A DNA stretch of 64,000 nt from Escherichia phage vB_EcoM_Kelasse: sequence record MW749001.1; one strand, given 5' to 3'. Below the pieces are notes generated by a model. It did not search any database. It had not been told where the DNA came from and was given only the letters and a program-made list of their open reading frames with translations. The position numbers and the translations under genes were made by a program. Below are positions 31,189 through 44,016 of the stretch, one piece after another. Position 1 is the first letter of the stretch. The number at the start of each line of letters is the position of its first letter.

Positions 31189-31424
31189 AGTACGCCATAC
31201 ACCCTTTGTGCTTCAACTAATCCATCAAAATCCAATTTGAGATGTGTTATTTGATCACCATCACCTGGATTCACAATTACTAATACTGAACGAGGAGTTT
31301 CGGTAATAACACGAACCGATGTTTCAGGAAATCGTTCAGAAACCTTATTTACCAATTCCTGTGCAAATAGCTTAACTTTTTCTTGGAATTCTTTAACAGT
31401 AATCGGTTTTTCACTTAGCAGCAT
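31185..31424 (-). CDS. hypothetical protein (cd-pseT cluster)
   Basis: 79 aa. Confidence 0.45.
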   Translation of the reverse strand: MLLSEKPITVKEFQEKVKLFAQELVNKVSERFPETSVRVITETPRSVLVIVNPGDGDQITHLKLDFDGLVEAQRVYGVL

Positions 31425-31485
31425 TTTGTTTTCCTCATTTGTTTGGTAGAGCTATAATATCACAACTCTACCGTAAAGTAAACTA

Positions 31486-31791
31486 TTAAATTGCTTTGAA
31501 TTCTGCTGTCTGCGATTCAAAACGAATATCGCCTTTGATAACTAGCTCAGCATCAAGACCGAATACAACAATGATATGCGCGGAACCTGGATACAACGTA
31601 ATTGCAATAGAATCCACCTGGTCTGGAAGCAAAGTGTTCAATACATGAGTCACTTGAGCATGGATTCGAAGCTCGGCTGCGTTATCAAGCTTTTCAAACA
31701 TGTTATTAGCGATAATTTGGCTAAACACTACTTCTACGATTTTAGAGTAAGTCGGAAACATATTTACCTCACATAATTTTCTTCGAGCCAA
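31486..31791 (-). CDS. hypothetical protein (cd-pseT cluster)
   Basis: 101 aa ORF; true start may be an internal Met. Confidence 0.45.
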   Translation of the reverse strand: MARRKLCEVNMFPTYSKIVEVVFSQIIANNMFEKLDNAAELRIHAQVTHVLNTLLPDQVDSIAITLYPGSAHIIVVFGLDAELVIKGDIRFESQTAEFKAI

Positions 31792-31964
31792 TCAATAACA
31801 TCCAAAGCGTTATCAAAAGTTGAACCATCTACTTTGTCTTCTGTTTCATAATCAAGAACATCTAAGCCTACTCTTCCATCAACAATAGGCCATAAACAAA
31901 ATAGATATTTCTTTTCTTTTTCAATTTTATCACAAAGTCGATAAATCTTTTCTATGTTATTCAT
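31764..31964 (-). CDS. hypothetical protein (cd-pseT cluster)
   Basis: 66 aa. Confidence 0.4.
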   Translation of the reverse strand: MNNIEKIYRLCDKIEKEKKYLFCLWPIVDGRVGLDVLDYETEDKVDGSTFDNALDVIDWLEENYVR

Positions 31965-32153
31965 AAGTTTTCCATGGTAAAGGCAGTTTAGTTTTCTTTA
32001 CTGTTAGTTCAACACCAGGATTCTTTTCTCTTAATTTAAGGCATTCCTCCCAAGCTCTGATTTCACTAGTGAATACACAAAATTGCCCATTACTAGTACC
32101 AACTAAACCACTATTTACAATAATAATAGCCCAAGTTTCATGATGCCACGCCA

Positions 32154-32154
<1 letters not shown>
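31957..32154 (-). CDS. hypothetical protein (cd-pseT cluster)
   Basis: 65 aa. Confidence 0.4.
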
Positions 32155-33379
<1,225 letters not shown>

Positions 33380-33382
33380 TTA

Positions 33383-33613
33383 TTATTTCTCAACCAATGA
33401 TTGAATATAATCATGCAAGTCTTTAGATGCTTTACCCCACTTATTTTGGTATTCATTTTTAAGATTAGCCCGAGATTGAGCTAATAAAACATCATTAGTT
33501 GGAGGTAAAGATTCTAATCGTTGAATCTGGCGTCCATAAATCATTGCAGCCATCTCGGATTCATAAATCAATCCTTTGAGATGTTCAAATTGATGCCATG
33601 AAATCATTTGCAT
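33383..33613 (-). CDS. hypothetical protein
   Basis: 76 aa. Confidence 0.45.
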   Translation of the reverse strand: MQMISWHQFEHLKGLIYESEMAAMIYGRQIQRLESLPPTNDVLLAQSRANLKNEYQNKWGKASKDLHDYIQSLVEK

Positions 33614-33903
33614 TTATCCTCTTTTAGCTCTTGACGATAATAACATATCATAGTTTTTTGGTCATGTACATATCGTTTTACATCATTAAGCCAAATACGA
33701 AATTCCTGGGAATCTTCAAATGGCATACCGACCCAAGCTTTACCATCAATAACTTTAACTTGCCAAGATAGTTTAGCTTCATCATATGACTTTATTTGTA
33801 CAGGCCAATTAGGATGAACTGTTTCTTTCTTTACTTCTAGAGGCTTTGTCGAACAACCAACTAGAAGACCAATAGATAATATTACTGCTGATAGTTTAAT
33901 CAT
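33604..33903 (-). CDS. outer-membrane spanin (lipoprotein)
   Basis: 99 aa; signal peptide with lipobox LLVGC; adjacent to TM/coiled-coil partner. Confidence 0.6.
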   Translation of the reverse strand: MIKLSAVILSIGLLVGCSTKPLEVKKETVHPNWPVQIKSYDEAKLSWQVKVIDGKAWVGMPFEDSQEFRIWLNDVKRYVHDQKTMICYYRQELKEDKCK

Positions 33904-34253
33904 TTAGAAAGGTCCTGGATGTCTTCTGCGAACTTGTTGAAGGAGTTGTTGATTTGTTTTTCAACCAATCCTGGCTTATGAGCCACCACATCCGCCTTCT
34001 TTGCGTCTTTGCGCAGTTTTTCATTTTCACGCTCAATAGCAGCAATTGCCTCACGATTTTTATTATTCATCGCATCAATATAATTATACTGAATTCGCAA
34101 ATTATTTAATGCTAAAGCGTTTTCATTGGCCGTTTTTGTAATTTCTACAACAGACGTTTCTAATCTTTCAATTTTATTTTTTAAAATTAAAGAAGTTCCG
34201 CCCAATGCAATTACAATTAATAGCAAGCCTGCTGTCGTATTACTTAATTGCAT
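33900..34253 (-). CDS. inner-membrane spanin
   Basis: 117 aa; N-terminal hydrophobic TM (GLLLIVIALGGTSLIL) then coiled-coil; overlaps o-spanin start. Confidence 0.6.
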   Translation of the reverse strand: MQLSNTTAGLLLIVIALGGTSLILKNKIERLETSVVEITKTANENALALNNLRIQYNYIDAMNNKNREAIAAIERENEKLRKDAKKADVVAHKPGLVEKQINNSFNKFAEDIQDLSK

Positions 34254-34750
34254 AAAGTTTTAATAACCTCTATAATATCGTCTTGAGAAAGACCGTTAAT
34301 TAAAATATGATGTTCAGCCGGAGATTTAGAAATTTTAAAGCATGCCTCAACATCTTCTGCCATATCTGATGCGCTACGATTTGGATTACTAATTCCAAGA
34401 CGATGTTTTCCCGTCAAAGGATTAACGATGATATAGCATTTACAGTTGTTAATATGAACATTAGGTTGAGTCTGATTAATGAACACATCACAATCATATT
34501 TCGCAAGCTGATTTTCTAAAAAGACTTTCATCTCCTCAACTGCATCAGGAAGCATATCACGGGCTTGCTCAAGACGACGATTTCGATATTCTTTAATGGT
34601 CGTTTTCCGCTTGACTTGCTTAGCTAAATCTTTCTTAAGATCGGTGATATATCCAACTCGACGATTTCCTTTGAATACAGAAATCCCATCTGTAGTATCA
34701 CCGTATGCTTCAACGACCATTTCAGTAGTAATAAGTTGTAAATCCATCAT
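34244..34750 (-). CDS. alc: Alc, inhibitor of host transcription
   Basis: 168 aa MMDLQLITTEMVVEAYGD; position between spanins and rnlA. Confidence 0.75.
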   Translation of the reverse strand: MMDLQLITTEMVVEAYGDTTDGISVFKGNRRVGYITDLKKDLAKQVKRKTTIKEYRNRRLEQARDMLPDAVEEMKVFLENQLAKYDCDVFINQTQPNVHINNCKCYIIVNPLTGKHRLGISNPNRSASDMAEDVEACFKISKSPAEHHILINGLSQDDIIEVIKTLCN

Positions 34751-34778
34751 AAAGTCCTCATGTTATGTCAGTAAGACT

Positions 34779-34808
34779 ACTATAACACAACACGAGGGAC
34801 TTGTAAAC
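34779..34808 (-). promoter_or_regulatory. early promoter (GTTTAC -35, 18-nt spacer, TATAGT -10) for alc
   Basis: Second copy of the 54-bp cassette, between rnlA stop and alc start. Confidence 0.5.
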
Positions 34809-34811
34809 AGC

Positions 34812-36399
<1,588 letters not shown>

Positions 36400-36407
36400 A
36401 ATAAAAT

Positions 36408-36421
36408 GGGCCTTGCGGCCC
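36408..36421 (-). terminator. stem-loop between nrdB and denA
   Basis: GGGCC-TTGC-GGCCC; minus strand followed by ATTTTATTATG. Confidence 0.5.
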
Positions 36422-36426
36422 ACTCC

Positions 36427-37605
36427 TTAAAAATATTTTTTAAAACTCATCATAACTTTATCATCAACATCATTATCAATCTGTGCTACAAGGTAAGATG
36501 ACAGTTCTACTTCTTGCGGCGCGGATTGAACATTATCAGAATTAAGGTATTCACGAATCCAAGGATATGGATGTTTAACCGGAGCATCGGTAATTGGACA
36601 TGGAAGACCGCACTGTTTCATACGAGATACAGTTAAGTAATCAATAAAGCTCCACATGCTATTTGTATTTAATCCAGGAACATCGCCATCTTTAAATAAA
36701 TGAACTGCCCAATCTTTTTCTTGGCGGTTAACTTCCATGAAAATATCAACTGCTTCTTGTTCACACTCTTGAGCAATTTTAACCCATTCATCGCCATCAG
36801 TACCAGATTGAAGTTGACGAATAATATATTGGGTGCCTTTAAGGTGAAGCTGTTCATCGCGTGCAATGAACTTCATAATCTTGGCATTACCTTCCATGAT
36901 TTCCATGTTCTTATGGAAGTTAAAGGTACATGCGAAAGATACATAAAAACGAATAGCTTCCAATGCATTGATTACATGCAAACAGAGGTAAAGAGATTTC
37001 ATTAGCTCACGCTTCCAATATGTCTCATGCTCAATAGCATCTTCAATAACGTCTTCGTCTGCATTAATTTCTTTTTGGTATTCGATATCAGCTTTAGCGT
37101 TTTCCCAATAACGAGTTTTAATCAGAACATCATCATAATAACGTCCAATGGATTCAGCACGTTTCATAATAGCTTCATCTAATACAATTTCATCAAATAC
37201 CTTCGATGGATCAGTATAAAGATTTCGCATGATATGAGTATATGAACGACTGTGAATAGTTTCACTAAAAGTCCATGTAGCAACCCATGTATCAAGGCTT
37301 GGGTCTGAAATTAATGACATAAGTACAGCAGATGGCGCGCGACCCTGAATGCTATCTAAAAGTGATTGATACTTCAAGTTGTTAGTAAAAATATTTTGCT
37401 GATACTGAGGAAGCTTGTTAAATTGCGCAGCATCCATCATTAAGTTTACTTCTTCAGGACGCCAGAAAAATGACAACTGCTTTTCGGTTAAATCTTCAAA
37501 AACTTTATGACGTTGAATATCATAACGCGCAATACCAAGGCCTGAACCAAAAAACATAGGTTCTTTTAAAACATCAACTGGATTTGTATTAAAAACTGTG
37601 CTCAT
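36427..37605 (-). CDS. nrdB: ribonucleotide reductase small subunit (uninterrupted)
   Basis: 392 aa continuous ORF MSTVFNTNPVDVLKEPMFFGSGLGIARYDIQ; no intron. Confidence 0.9.
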   Translation of the reverse strand: MSTVFNTNPVDVLKEPMFFGSGLGIARYDIQRHKVFEDLTEKQLSFFWRPEEVNLMMDAAQFNKLPQYQQNIFTNNLKYQSLLDSIQGRAPSAVLMSLISDPSLDTWVATWTFSETIHSRSYTHIMRNLYTDPSKVFDEIVLDEAIMKRAESIGRYYDDVLIKTRYWENAKADIEYQKEINADEDVIEDAIEHETYWKRELMKSLYLCLHVINALEAIRFYVSFACTFNFHKNMEIMEGNAKIMKFIARDEQLHLKGTQYIIRQLQSGTDGDEWVKIAQECEQEAVDIFMEVNRQEKDWAVHLFKDGDVPGLNTNSMWSFIDYLTVSRMKQCGLPCPITDAPVKHPYPWIREYLNSDNVQSAPQEVELSSYLVAQIDNDVDDKVMMSFKKYF

Positions 37606-37656
37606 AAATTTTCCACTTAGTTAATAGTTGGTGACTCGTCCGTGAGTCAAATTATA

Positions 37657-39921
37657 TCATAATTTACAGGATGAACAATCTTCAGCTTTTGGAGTTTCTA
37701 TTTCATAATCATCAGTACCAGAACCATCACGGGTATTATGATAATAGAAATTTTTTCCGCCAAAATACCAGAAATACAAAAGGTCATCAATCATTATTGA
37801 CATTGGAACCTTTCCTTTTGGAAAAATCTGCGGGTCATAATATGTATTCGCTGAAGCTGATTGACATACCCATTTAAGCATAATAGCTACTTGCGTAAGA
37901 TAAGGTTTATTACCTTTCTTAGCTAATTTCCACGTATAATCATAGAGGTCTATGTTATGCTCAATATTGGGCACGACTTGATTAAAGGAACCCTCTTTTG
38001 ATTCTTTAACAGAGACTGGTCCACGTGGAGGCTCGATACCATTTGTACTATTAGAAACTTGGGAAGATGACTCACATGGCATAAGTGCTGATAATGTGCT
38101 ATTACGGATGCCAAAGAGCTTAAGGTCTTCCCGCAGCGACGACCAGTCACAAACGTATTTTGGAGCTGCGATTTGGTCAATCTTTTTATTGTACCAGTCG
38201 ATAGGTAATTCGCCTCGAGACCAACGAGTGTCTGAATAATATTCGCAAGGTCCTTTTTCTTTGGCGAGCTTAATGGATGCTTTAATGAGTCCATACTGCA
38301 ATCTCTCAAATAGTTCATGTGTTAAATCGTTAGCGTCTTCATAAGAAGCAAAATTACTTGCCAGCCAAGCTGCATAGTTAGTAACACCTACACCGAGATT
38401 TCGACGCTTTTTAGCTTTTTCTGCTTCAGGAACTGGATATCCTTGGTAATCTAAAAGATTATCAAGAGCACGAACTTGGACTTCTGCTAATTCATTAATT
38501 TTATCTTGGTCTTGCCAATCGAAGTTATCTAACACAAATGCAGATAACGTGCACAATCCAATTTCAGCATCAGGACTATTCACATCATTTGTTGGAATAG
38601 CAATTTCACAACACAAGTTACTCTGACGAATAGGTGCCTTTTCACGAATAAATGGAGTATAGTTATTCGTATTATCAATGAACTGTACATAAATCCTTGC
38701 TGTTCCTGAGCGTTCAGTCATGAGCAATTCAAACAGTTCACGGGCTTTAATGCGCTTTTTACGAATATTAGGGTCTTTTTCTGCGGCTTCGTATAATTCA
38801 CGGAAACGGTCTTGGTCTTTAAAATAAGAATAATAAAGCTCGCCACCCATTTCATGCGGACTGAACAAAGTAATGTAATCATTCTTTCCGAATCGTTCCA
38901 TCATTAGGTCATTCAGTTGAACGCCATAATCCATATGACGGATACGGTTTTCTTCTACACCTTTGTTATTTTTCAAAACGAGAAGATTTTCAACTTCCAA
39001 ATGCCAAATAGGATAATAAGCAGTAGCAGCGCCGCCACGAATTCCACCCTGTGAGCATGATTTAACAGCAGTCTGAAAATGTTTCCAAAAAGGAATAACA
39101 CCAGTATGGCGTACTTCACCTGTGCCAATCTTAGAACCTTCGGCACGAATCATACCAACGTTAATACCAATTCCAGCGCGTTTAGAGATATATTCAACAA
39201 TTGAAGCGGAAGCCTTATTGATAGACTTCAATGAATCACCTGCCTCAATAACAACGCATGAACTAAACTGTCGAGTCGGAGTACGACATCCAGCCATAAT
39301 AGGAGTTGGCAATGAAATCTGTCGAGTAGATACTGCTTCATAAAAACGAATAACATGTTTTAATCTATCAACAGGTTCATCTTGATGCAATGCCATTCCA
39401 ATAGTCATAAATGCAAACTGCGGAGTTTCATAAATTTGACCAGTGGTTTTATCTTTAACAAGATATTTTTCTTTTAATTGCATCGCCCCGGAATAAGTAA
39501 ATTCCATATCCCGCTCGTGCTTAATTTTTGATTCTAAAAATGTAATTTCTTCTGCTGAATATTTTGACAATAATTCAGGGTCATATTTACCTTCATTTAC
39601 ACAGTAAGAAATATGGTCAATAAATGAACGCGGTTCATACTGCCCATAAACATGCTTACGAAGAGCAAACATTAAACAGCGTGCAGCTACATATTGATAA
39701 TCAGGTTCTTCAACCGAAATAGAATTCGCAGCGGCCTTAATGACAATAGTCTGAATATCATCAGTTGTCATTCCATCACGGAGATAAGATTTAATATTTT
39801 CATATAATTCATAAGGATCTACTGATGTTCCTTCAGCTGCCCAAGATAAAACTTTAATAATTTTTTGCGGGTCAAAGCTCTGAGAAACACCACTACTTTT
39901 GATAACATTAATTAATTGCAT
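37657..39921 (-). CDS. nrdA: ribonucleotide reductase large subunit
   Basis: 754 aa [31 protein letters not shown]. Confidence 0.9.
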   Translation of the reverse strand: MQLINVIKSSGVSQSFDPQKIIKVLSWAAEGTSVDPYELYENIKSYLRDGMTTDDIQTIVIKAAANSISVEEPDYQYVAARCLMFALRKHVYGQYEPRSFIDHISYCVNEGKYDPELLSKYSAEEITFLESKIKHERDMEFTYSGAMQLKEKYLVKDKTTGQIYETPQFAFMTIGMALHQDEPVDRLKHVIRFYEAVSTRQISLPTPIMAGCRTPTRQFSSCVVIEAGDSLKSINKASASIVEYISKRAGIGINVGMIRAEGSKIGTGEVRHTGVIPFWKHFQTAVKSCSQGGIRGGAATAYYPIWHLEVENLLVLKNNKGVEENRIRHMDYGVQLNDLMMERFGKNDYITLFSPHEMGGELYYSYFKDQDRFRELYEAAEKDPNIRKKRIKARELFELLMTERSGTARIYVQFIDNTNNYTPFIREKAPIRQSNLCCEIAIPTNDVNSPDAEIGLCTLSAFVLDNFDWQDQDKINELAEVQVRALDNLLDYQGYPVPEAEKAKKRRNLGVGVTNYAAWLASNFASYEDANDLTHELFERLQYGLIKASIKLAKEKGPCEYYSDTRWSRGELPIDWYNKKIDQIAAPKYVCDWSSLREDLKLFGIRNSTLSALMPCESSSQVSNSTNGIEPPRGPVSVKESKEGSFNQVVPNIEHNIDLYDYTWKLAKKGNKPYLTQVAIMLKWVCQSASANTYYDPQIFPKGKVPMSIMIDDLLYFWYFGGKNFYYHNTRDGSGTDDYEIETPKAEDCSSCKL

Positions 39922-40238
39922 AAGTCCTCAACTTGAAAATCGTCTTTAAACAATCGGTTAACTATATGAGCTATTATATCACCATGACACGGCTTTGGTT
40001 TACATGTGCATCCTAGCCTCATTCCACGTAAAGGCTCTAAATGTGCTTTAGTTATTTCTCCGGATTTAATTCGACGTATAAAATCTTTTTTGAATAATTC
40101 AATGGCAGCCTCCCGGCTGCCAGCATCTTTACCGACGTAATTTCCCCAAAATGTACCGCGGTGAATATTAACATCAAAGTCGGATTTGTATTTATTCACT
40201 ACCCGGCATAGACGGCCCACGCTGGAATAATTCGTCAT
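39912..40238 (-). CDS. hypothetical protein with Cys/His motif
   Basis: 108 aa; WGN...[12 protein letters not shown] motif. Confidence 0.5.
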   Translation of the reverse strand: MTNYSSVGRLCRVVNKYKSDFDVNIHRGTFWGNYVGKDAGSREAAIELFKKDFIRRIKSGEITKAHLEPLRGMRLGCTCKPKPCHGDIIAHIVNRLFKDDFQVEDLCN

Positions 40239-40467
40239 ATTGTTTTTCCGTTAATACAGTAATATCATAGTAACAGTCAGAAGAAGTTTTAACTGTGGAA
40301 ATTTTATTATCAAAATACTCACGAGTCATTTTATGAGTATAGTATTTTTTACCATAAATGGTAATAGGCTGTTCTGGTCCTGGAACTTCTAACTCGCTTG
40401 GGTTAGGAAGTGTAAAAAGAACGGCACCAGAAGTATCTTTAAATCGTAAAATCATATATCCTCGCAA
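40192..40467 (-). CDS. hypothetical protein
   Basis: 91 aa ORF between td and nrdA. Confidence 0.45.
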   Translation of the reverse strand: MRGYMILRFKDTSGAVLFTLPNPSELEVPGPEQPITIYGKKYYTHKMTREYFDNKISTVKTSSDCYYDITVLTEKQYDELFQRGPSMPGSE

Positions 40468-40475
40468 TAATAAAA

Positions 40476-41336
40476 TTACACCGCCATCTTTCCTTTAATA
40501 GGAGGGTGTGATTCATAGTTGTTAAGAACAAAATTATGCGGCTTTGCGAATTGACTCAACCAAAATACCTGCGATTCTGTGTCCCATTCATCAAATTCAT
40601 CTGGAAATTTTAATTGCAATTCGCATAAATCCATAGGTTCACGACGCAAAATTTCTTTACATTGCTCTACGTGATTCATATAGATATGAGTATTACCACC
40701 AGAAAATATCAAATCTCCGGGAATAAGATTACACATCTTAGCTACAATATGCGTCAAGGCAGCGTACGAGGCAATGTTGAATGGCAAGCCCAAGAAAACA
40801 TCTACACTTCTTTGGTACCACTGCAAATCCAAATAGCCATTACGCACATTAAACTGATAGAACATATGACAAGGCGGTAATGCCATATATTTAAGTTCAG
40901 CTGGATTCCACGCAGAAACAATTTGACGCCTATCATTCGGCAGTTTTTTAATACGATCAACAACTTCTATAATTTGGTCTACACCGCCAAAATCACGCCA
41001 CTGTTTTCCATAAATTGGACCAAGTTCACCACTATGGTATCCTAAATCTTTTGCCTGATTTTCGTAATTTTCATCCCAAACTGTTTTGCCTTGGATTAAC
41101 GAATCGTGTTGAATTAATCGTAAATCATTGACATTTGTGCTTCCCGATAAAAACCATATTAGCTCAGCAATACATGCATTCCAGGCGAGCTTCTTAGTTG
41201 TTACTGCAGGAAAACCTTTGGTTAAATCCCAACGCAATTTAGTACCGAACAAAGCAATTGTTCCTGTGCCTGTTCGGTCATCGGTTTCATAACCATTTTC
41301 AAAAATGTCTTTAATTAAATCTTGGTATTGTTTCAT
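40476..41336 (-). CDS. td: thymidylate synthase (uninterrupted)
   Basis: 286 aa continuous ORF; active-site LPPCH; no intron. Confidence 0.9.
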   Translation of the reverse strand: MKQYQDLIKDIFENGYETDDRTGTGTIALFGTKLRWDLTKGFPAVTTKKLAWNACIAELIWFLSGSTNVNDLRLIQHDSLIQGKTVWDENYENQAKDLGYHSGELGPIYGKQWRDFGGVDQIIEVVDRIKKLPNDRRQIVSAWNPAELKYMALPPCHMFYQFNVRNGYLDLQWYQRSVDVFLGLPFNIASYAALTHIVAKMCNLIPGDLIFSGGNTHIYMNHVEQCKEILRREPMDLCELQLKFPDEFDEWDTESQVFWLSQFAKPHNFVLNNYESHPPIKGKMAV

Positions 41337-41380
41337 TTAGTACCTTATATAAATTATAATACATTTTATGAAGCTAATAA

Positions 41381-41740
41381 TTAATACGGTTTAGCATCAA
41401 ATTTTCTCTCAATTTCAGGCGTGAAATATAATTCTTTACCGCGTTTGGAAAAACGACCAATAATATGATAATTATTCTCATCAAACGTGATATTACCAAT
41501 ATCCATAGCTTTCAACCAAATATCGATATTTCTATCTAGTTTTATATCAAAATTCCAATACGGAGAACTATTACCAAAAATACTACAAGCGGATTCAGTG
41601 AAACAACTGCTATAAATCTTGTCTTTAGGAACTACTAATTGATAGACGCCTTTAATAAACTGAGGACCCTGCCATTTTGGTTGTTTCGCGTCTTTTTCTA
41701 ATAGAATAGGGTAATAATTAAAATTCATATTTTCCGCCAC
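41381..41740 (-). CDS. hypothetical protein inserted between frd and td
   Basis: 119 aa ORF with GTG at 41740; more likely starts at ATG 41728 (MNFNYYPILLEKDAKQPKW, 115 aa); sits 8-20 nt downstream of frd stop. Confidence 0.5.
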   Translation of the reverse strand: MAENMNFNYYPILLEKDAKQPKWQGPQFIKGVYQLVVPKDKIYSSCFTESACSIFGNSSPYWNFDIKLDRNIDIWLKAMDIGNITFDENNYHIIGRFSKRGKELYFTPEIERKFDAKPY

Positions 41741-41748
41741 GTGTTATT

Positions 41749-42575
<827 letters not shown>

Positions 42576-42586
42576 ATTATCTCCTA

Positions 42587-42919
42587 TTAAAAAGGATCAG
42601 GAATATATCCGCTAGCTTTAATCATTTTAATTAACGTTAGCATTCCTTTATTAACCGCTAGTGAGATTTCATCAAAAACTTCATCACTAAAAAGTTCTAA
42701 CACACCCTTCTGAACTTTTAATTTACAGCCAACAATTTCGTCATCGCCTATAGTAAATTCATTACCACCAATTCCTCCGAAAAACTTAATTACACCAGTT
42801 AACTGTCTTCCACGAGAATATGGGTCGTGTGATAAAGTAATATGAGTCACCCCGGGTACAGTTTTAAATTGGCAGCGAATATTTACTTGAGCAATTCCAG
42901 TTACATGAATGTCAGACAT
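42587..42919 (-). CDS. hypothetical protein
   Basis: 110 aa. Confidence 0.45.
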   Translation of the reverse strand: MSDIHVTGIAQVNIRCQFKTVPGVTHITLSHDPYSRGRQLTGVIKFFGGIGGNEFTIGDDEIVGCKLKVQKGVLELFSDEVFDEISLAVNKGMLTLIKMIKASGYIPDPF

Positions 42920-42929
42920 AATATTTTCC

Positions 42930-43172
42930 TCAAACAGACTTTTTCACAATTTTCCAATCAGCTTTAAACTGCTCGACGTCAGAATGGTAAATCCAAAATC
43001 CTGCGCTTTCTCCGTCTTCATAAAGAGGACATCCATCGCATTCATCTTCCCATCCCATATCACGTAAAAGATGTTCAGCTTTTTCAACAAGTTCAGAATC
43101 TTTACCGATGATATTAAAATACCATTTACCTCTAACTTCCGAATCTTTGATGCTCTGACGTTGTAATCTCAT
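42930..43172 (-). CDS. hypothetical protein
   Basis: 80 aa; GAGGAG SD; early promoter upstream. Confidence 0.45.
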   Translation of the reverse strand: MRLQRQSIKDSEVRGKWYFNIIGKDSELVEKAEHLLRDMGWEDECDGCPLYEDGESAGFWIYHSDVEQFKADWKIVKKSV

Positions 43173-43200
43173 TTTATTCTCCTCAGTAGTTGATAGGGTA

Positions 43201-43230
43201 ATAGTATCACACTACTACCCTGATGTAAAC
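43201..43230 (-). promoter_or_regulatory. early promoter (GTTTAC -35, 18-nt spacer, TACTAT -10)
   Basis: Minus strand GTTTACATCAGGG...TACTAT upstream of ORF 42930..43172. Confidence 0.4.
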
Positions 43231-43595
43231 TACTTTTTGAAAGTTTTTCGCAAAAGTTCAATGATTTCATCTACATTATTTTCGTCTACAATGCAGTGAA
43301 TTTTTGTTACGCCAGAAACCTTGTCTTCGACTTCATCTTCTTCAGAAGTCGGTTCTTTATACTCACGAAAACAATGAAATTCGTCTTCACAAACGTTAAA
43401 GTAAAAATGCTTTCCATTTGCGCATTCAATGTGTTTTATTACTCTAAATCCATCAACAAAGAAAGCTTCTTTAACTTCAAACCATCTACCATTTTCTTGA
43501 ATAATTTTAACTATTGATGAATTAGAACGCGGGCGATAATTAATAAATGTATCAATAAGTCTTGGAACAAGCTCATACTTTTTGCCAATATACAT
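43230..43595 (-). CDS. hypothetical protein
   Basis: 121 aa ORF. Confidence 0.45.
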   Translation of the reverse strand: MYIGKKYELVPRLIDTFINYRPRSNSSIVKIIQENGRWFEVKEAFFVDGFRVIKHIECANGKHFYFNVCEDEFHCFREYKEPTSEEDEVEDKVSGVTKIHCIVDENNVDEIIELLRKTFKK

Positions 43596-43639
43596 TACAT
43601 TTTCCTCATTTTAACGGGGCTGTAATAGCCCCTTGATAA

Positions 43640-43870
43640 TTATTGTTCAATCAATCCCATGTAAAATTCTGTGTCTTCAGAATCCATGCCATCACAATAT
43701 TCATTAGCCATAAAGCGGGTGAGGTCTTCAAGAGGACCTTCAATGACAATAGAAAAATTGCAATAATTGGGATCATCGTGAATACTTGTGATACTAAGTT
43801 CAGGATAACGATTACGAATAATTTCTTCGATATATTCAAAATCAACGATGTCAATATCAACTTTAGCCAT
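43640..43870 (-). CDS. hypothetical highly acidic protein
   Basis: 76 aa from [16 protein letters not shown] (about 25 percent D/E); SD GAGGA; longer ORF-track start would run through terminator and promoter. Confidence 0.5.
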   Translation of the reverse strand: MAKVDIDIVDFEYIEEIIRNRYPELSITSIHDDPNYCNFSIVIEGPLEDLTRFMANEYCDGMDSEDTEFYMGLIEQ

Positions 43871-43913
43871 ATTATTTTCCTCTTTAATCATCAGCAGTAT
43901 TGCCGATAGTTGT

Positions 43914-43943
43914 ATAGTACCATGGAAGAACAGGGATGTAAAC
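43914..43943 (-). promoter_or_regulatory. early promoter (GTTTAC -35, 18-nt spacer, TACTAT -10) with A/T-rich upstream element
   Basis: Minus strand GTTTAC...TACTAT; A/T-rich block between gene 32 terminator and promoter. Confidence 0.45.
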
Positions 43944-43975
43944 AGTTTTGTGAAAAAATTTTTGAAATAAAAAAA

Positions 43976-43994
43976 GGGGACCCTAGAGGTCCCC
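43976..43994 (-). terminator. intrinsic terminator after gene 32
   Basis: GGGGACC-CTAGA-GGTCCCC; minus strand followed by TTTTTTTATTT. Confidence 0.75.
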
Positions 43995-44016
43995 AATTAA
44001 TTAGTAATATAATCTA

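Noticed and set aside
36400-36423. N-terminal extension of denA (MGRKAHFI...)
   Set aside because: Extension includes the nrdB/denA hairpin; MKEIATEY start gives the expected 136-aa endonuclease II.
41353-41377. MotA-box-like middle promoter for td (TTAGCTTCA ... TATAAT)
   Set aside because: MotA-box has one mismatch and the gap to the -10 is only about 10 nt versus the usual 12-13; kept as a note inside the frd-td finding.
43871-43996. N-terminal extension of the acidic ORF to 118 aa
   Set aside because: Extension would read through the gene 32 terminator hairpin and the early promoter; internal Met with GAGGA SD is the credible start.
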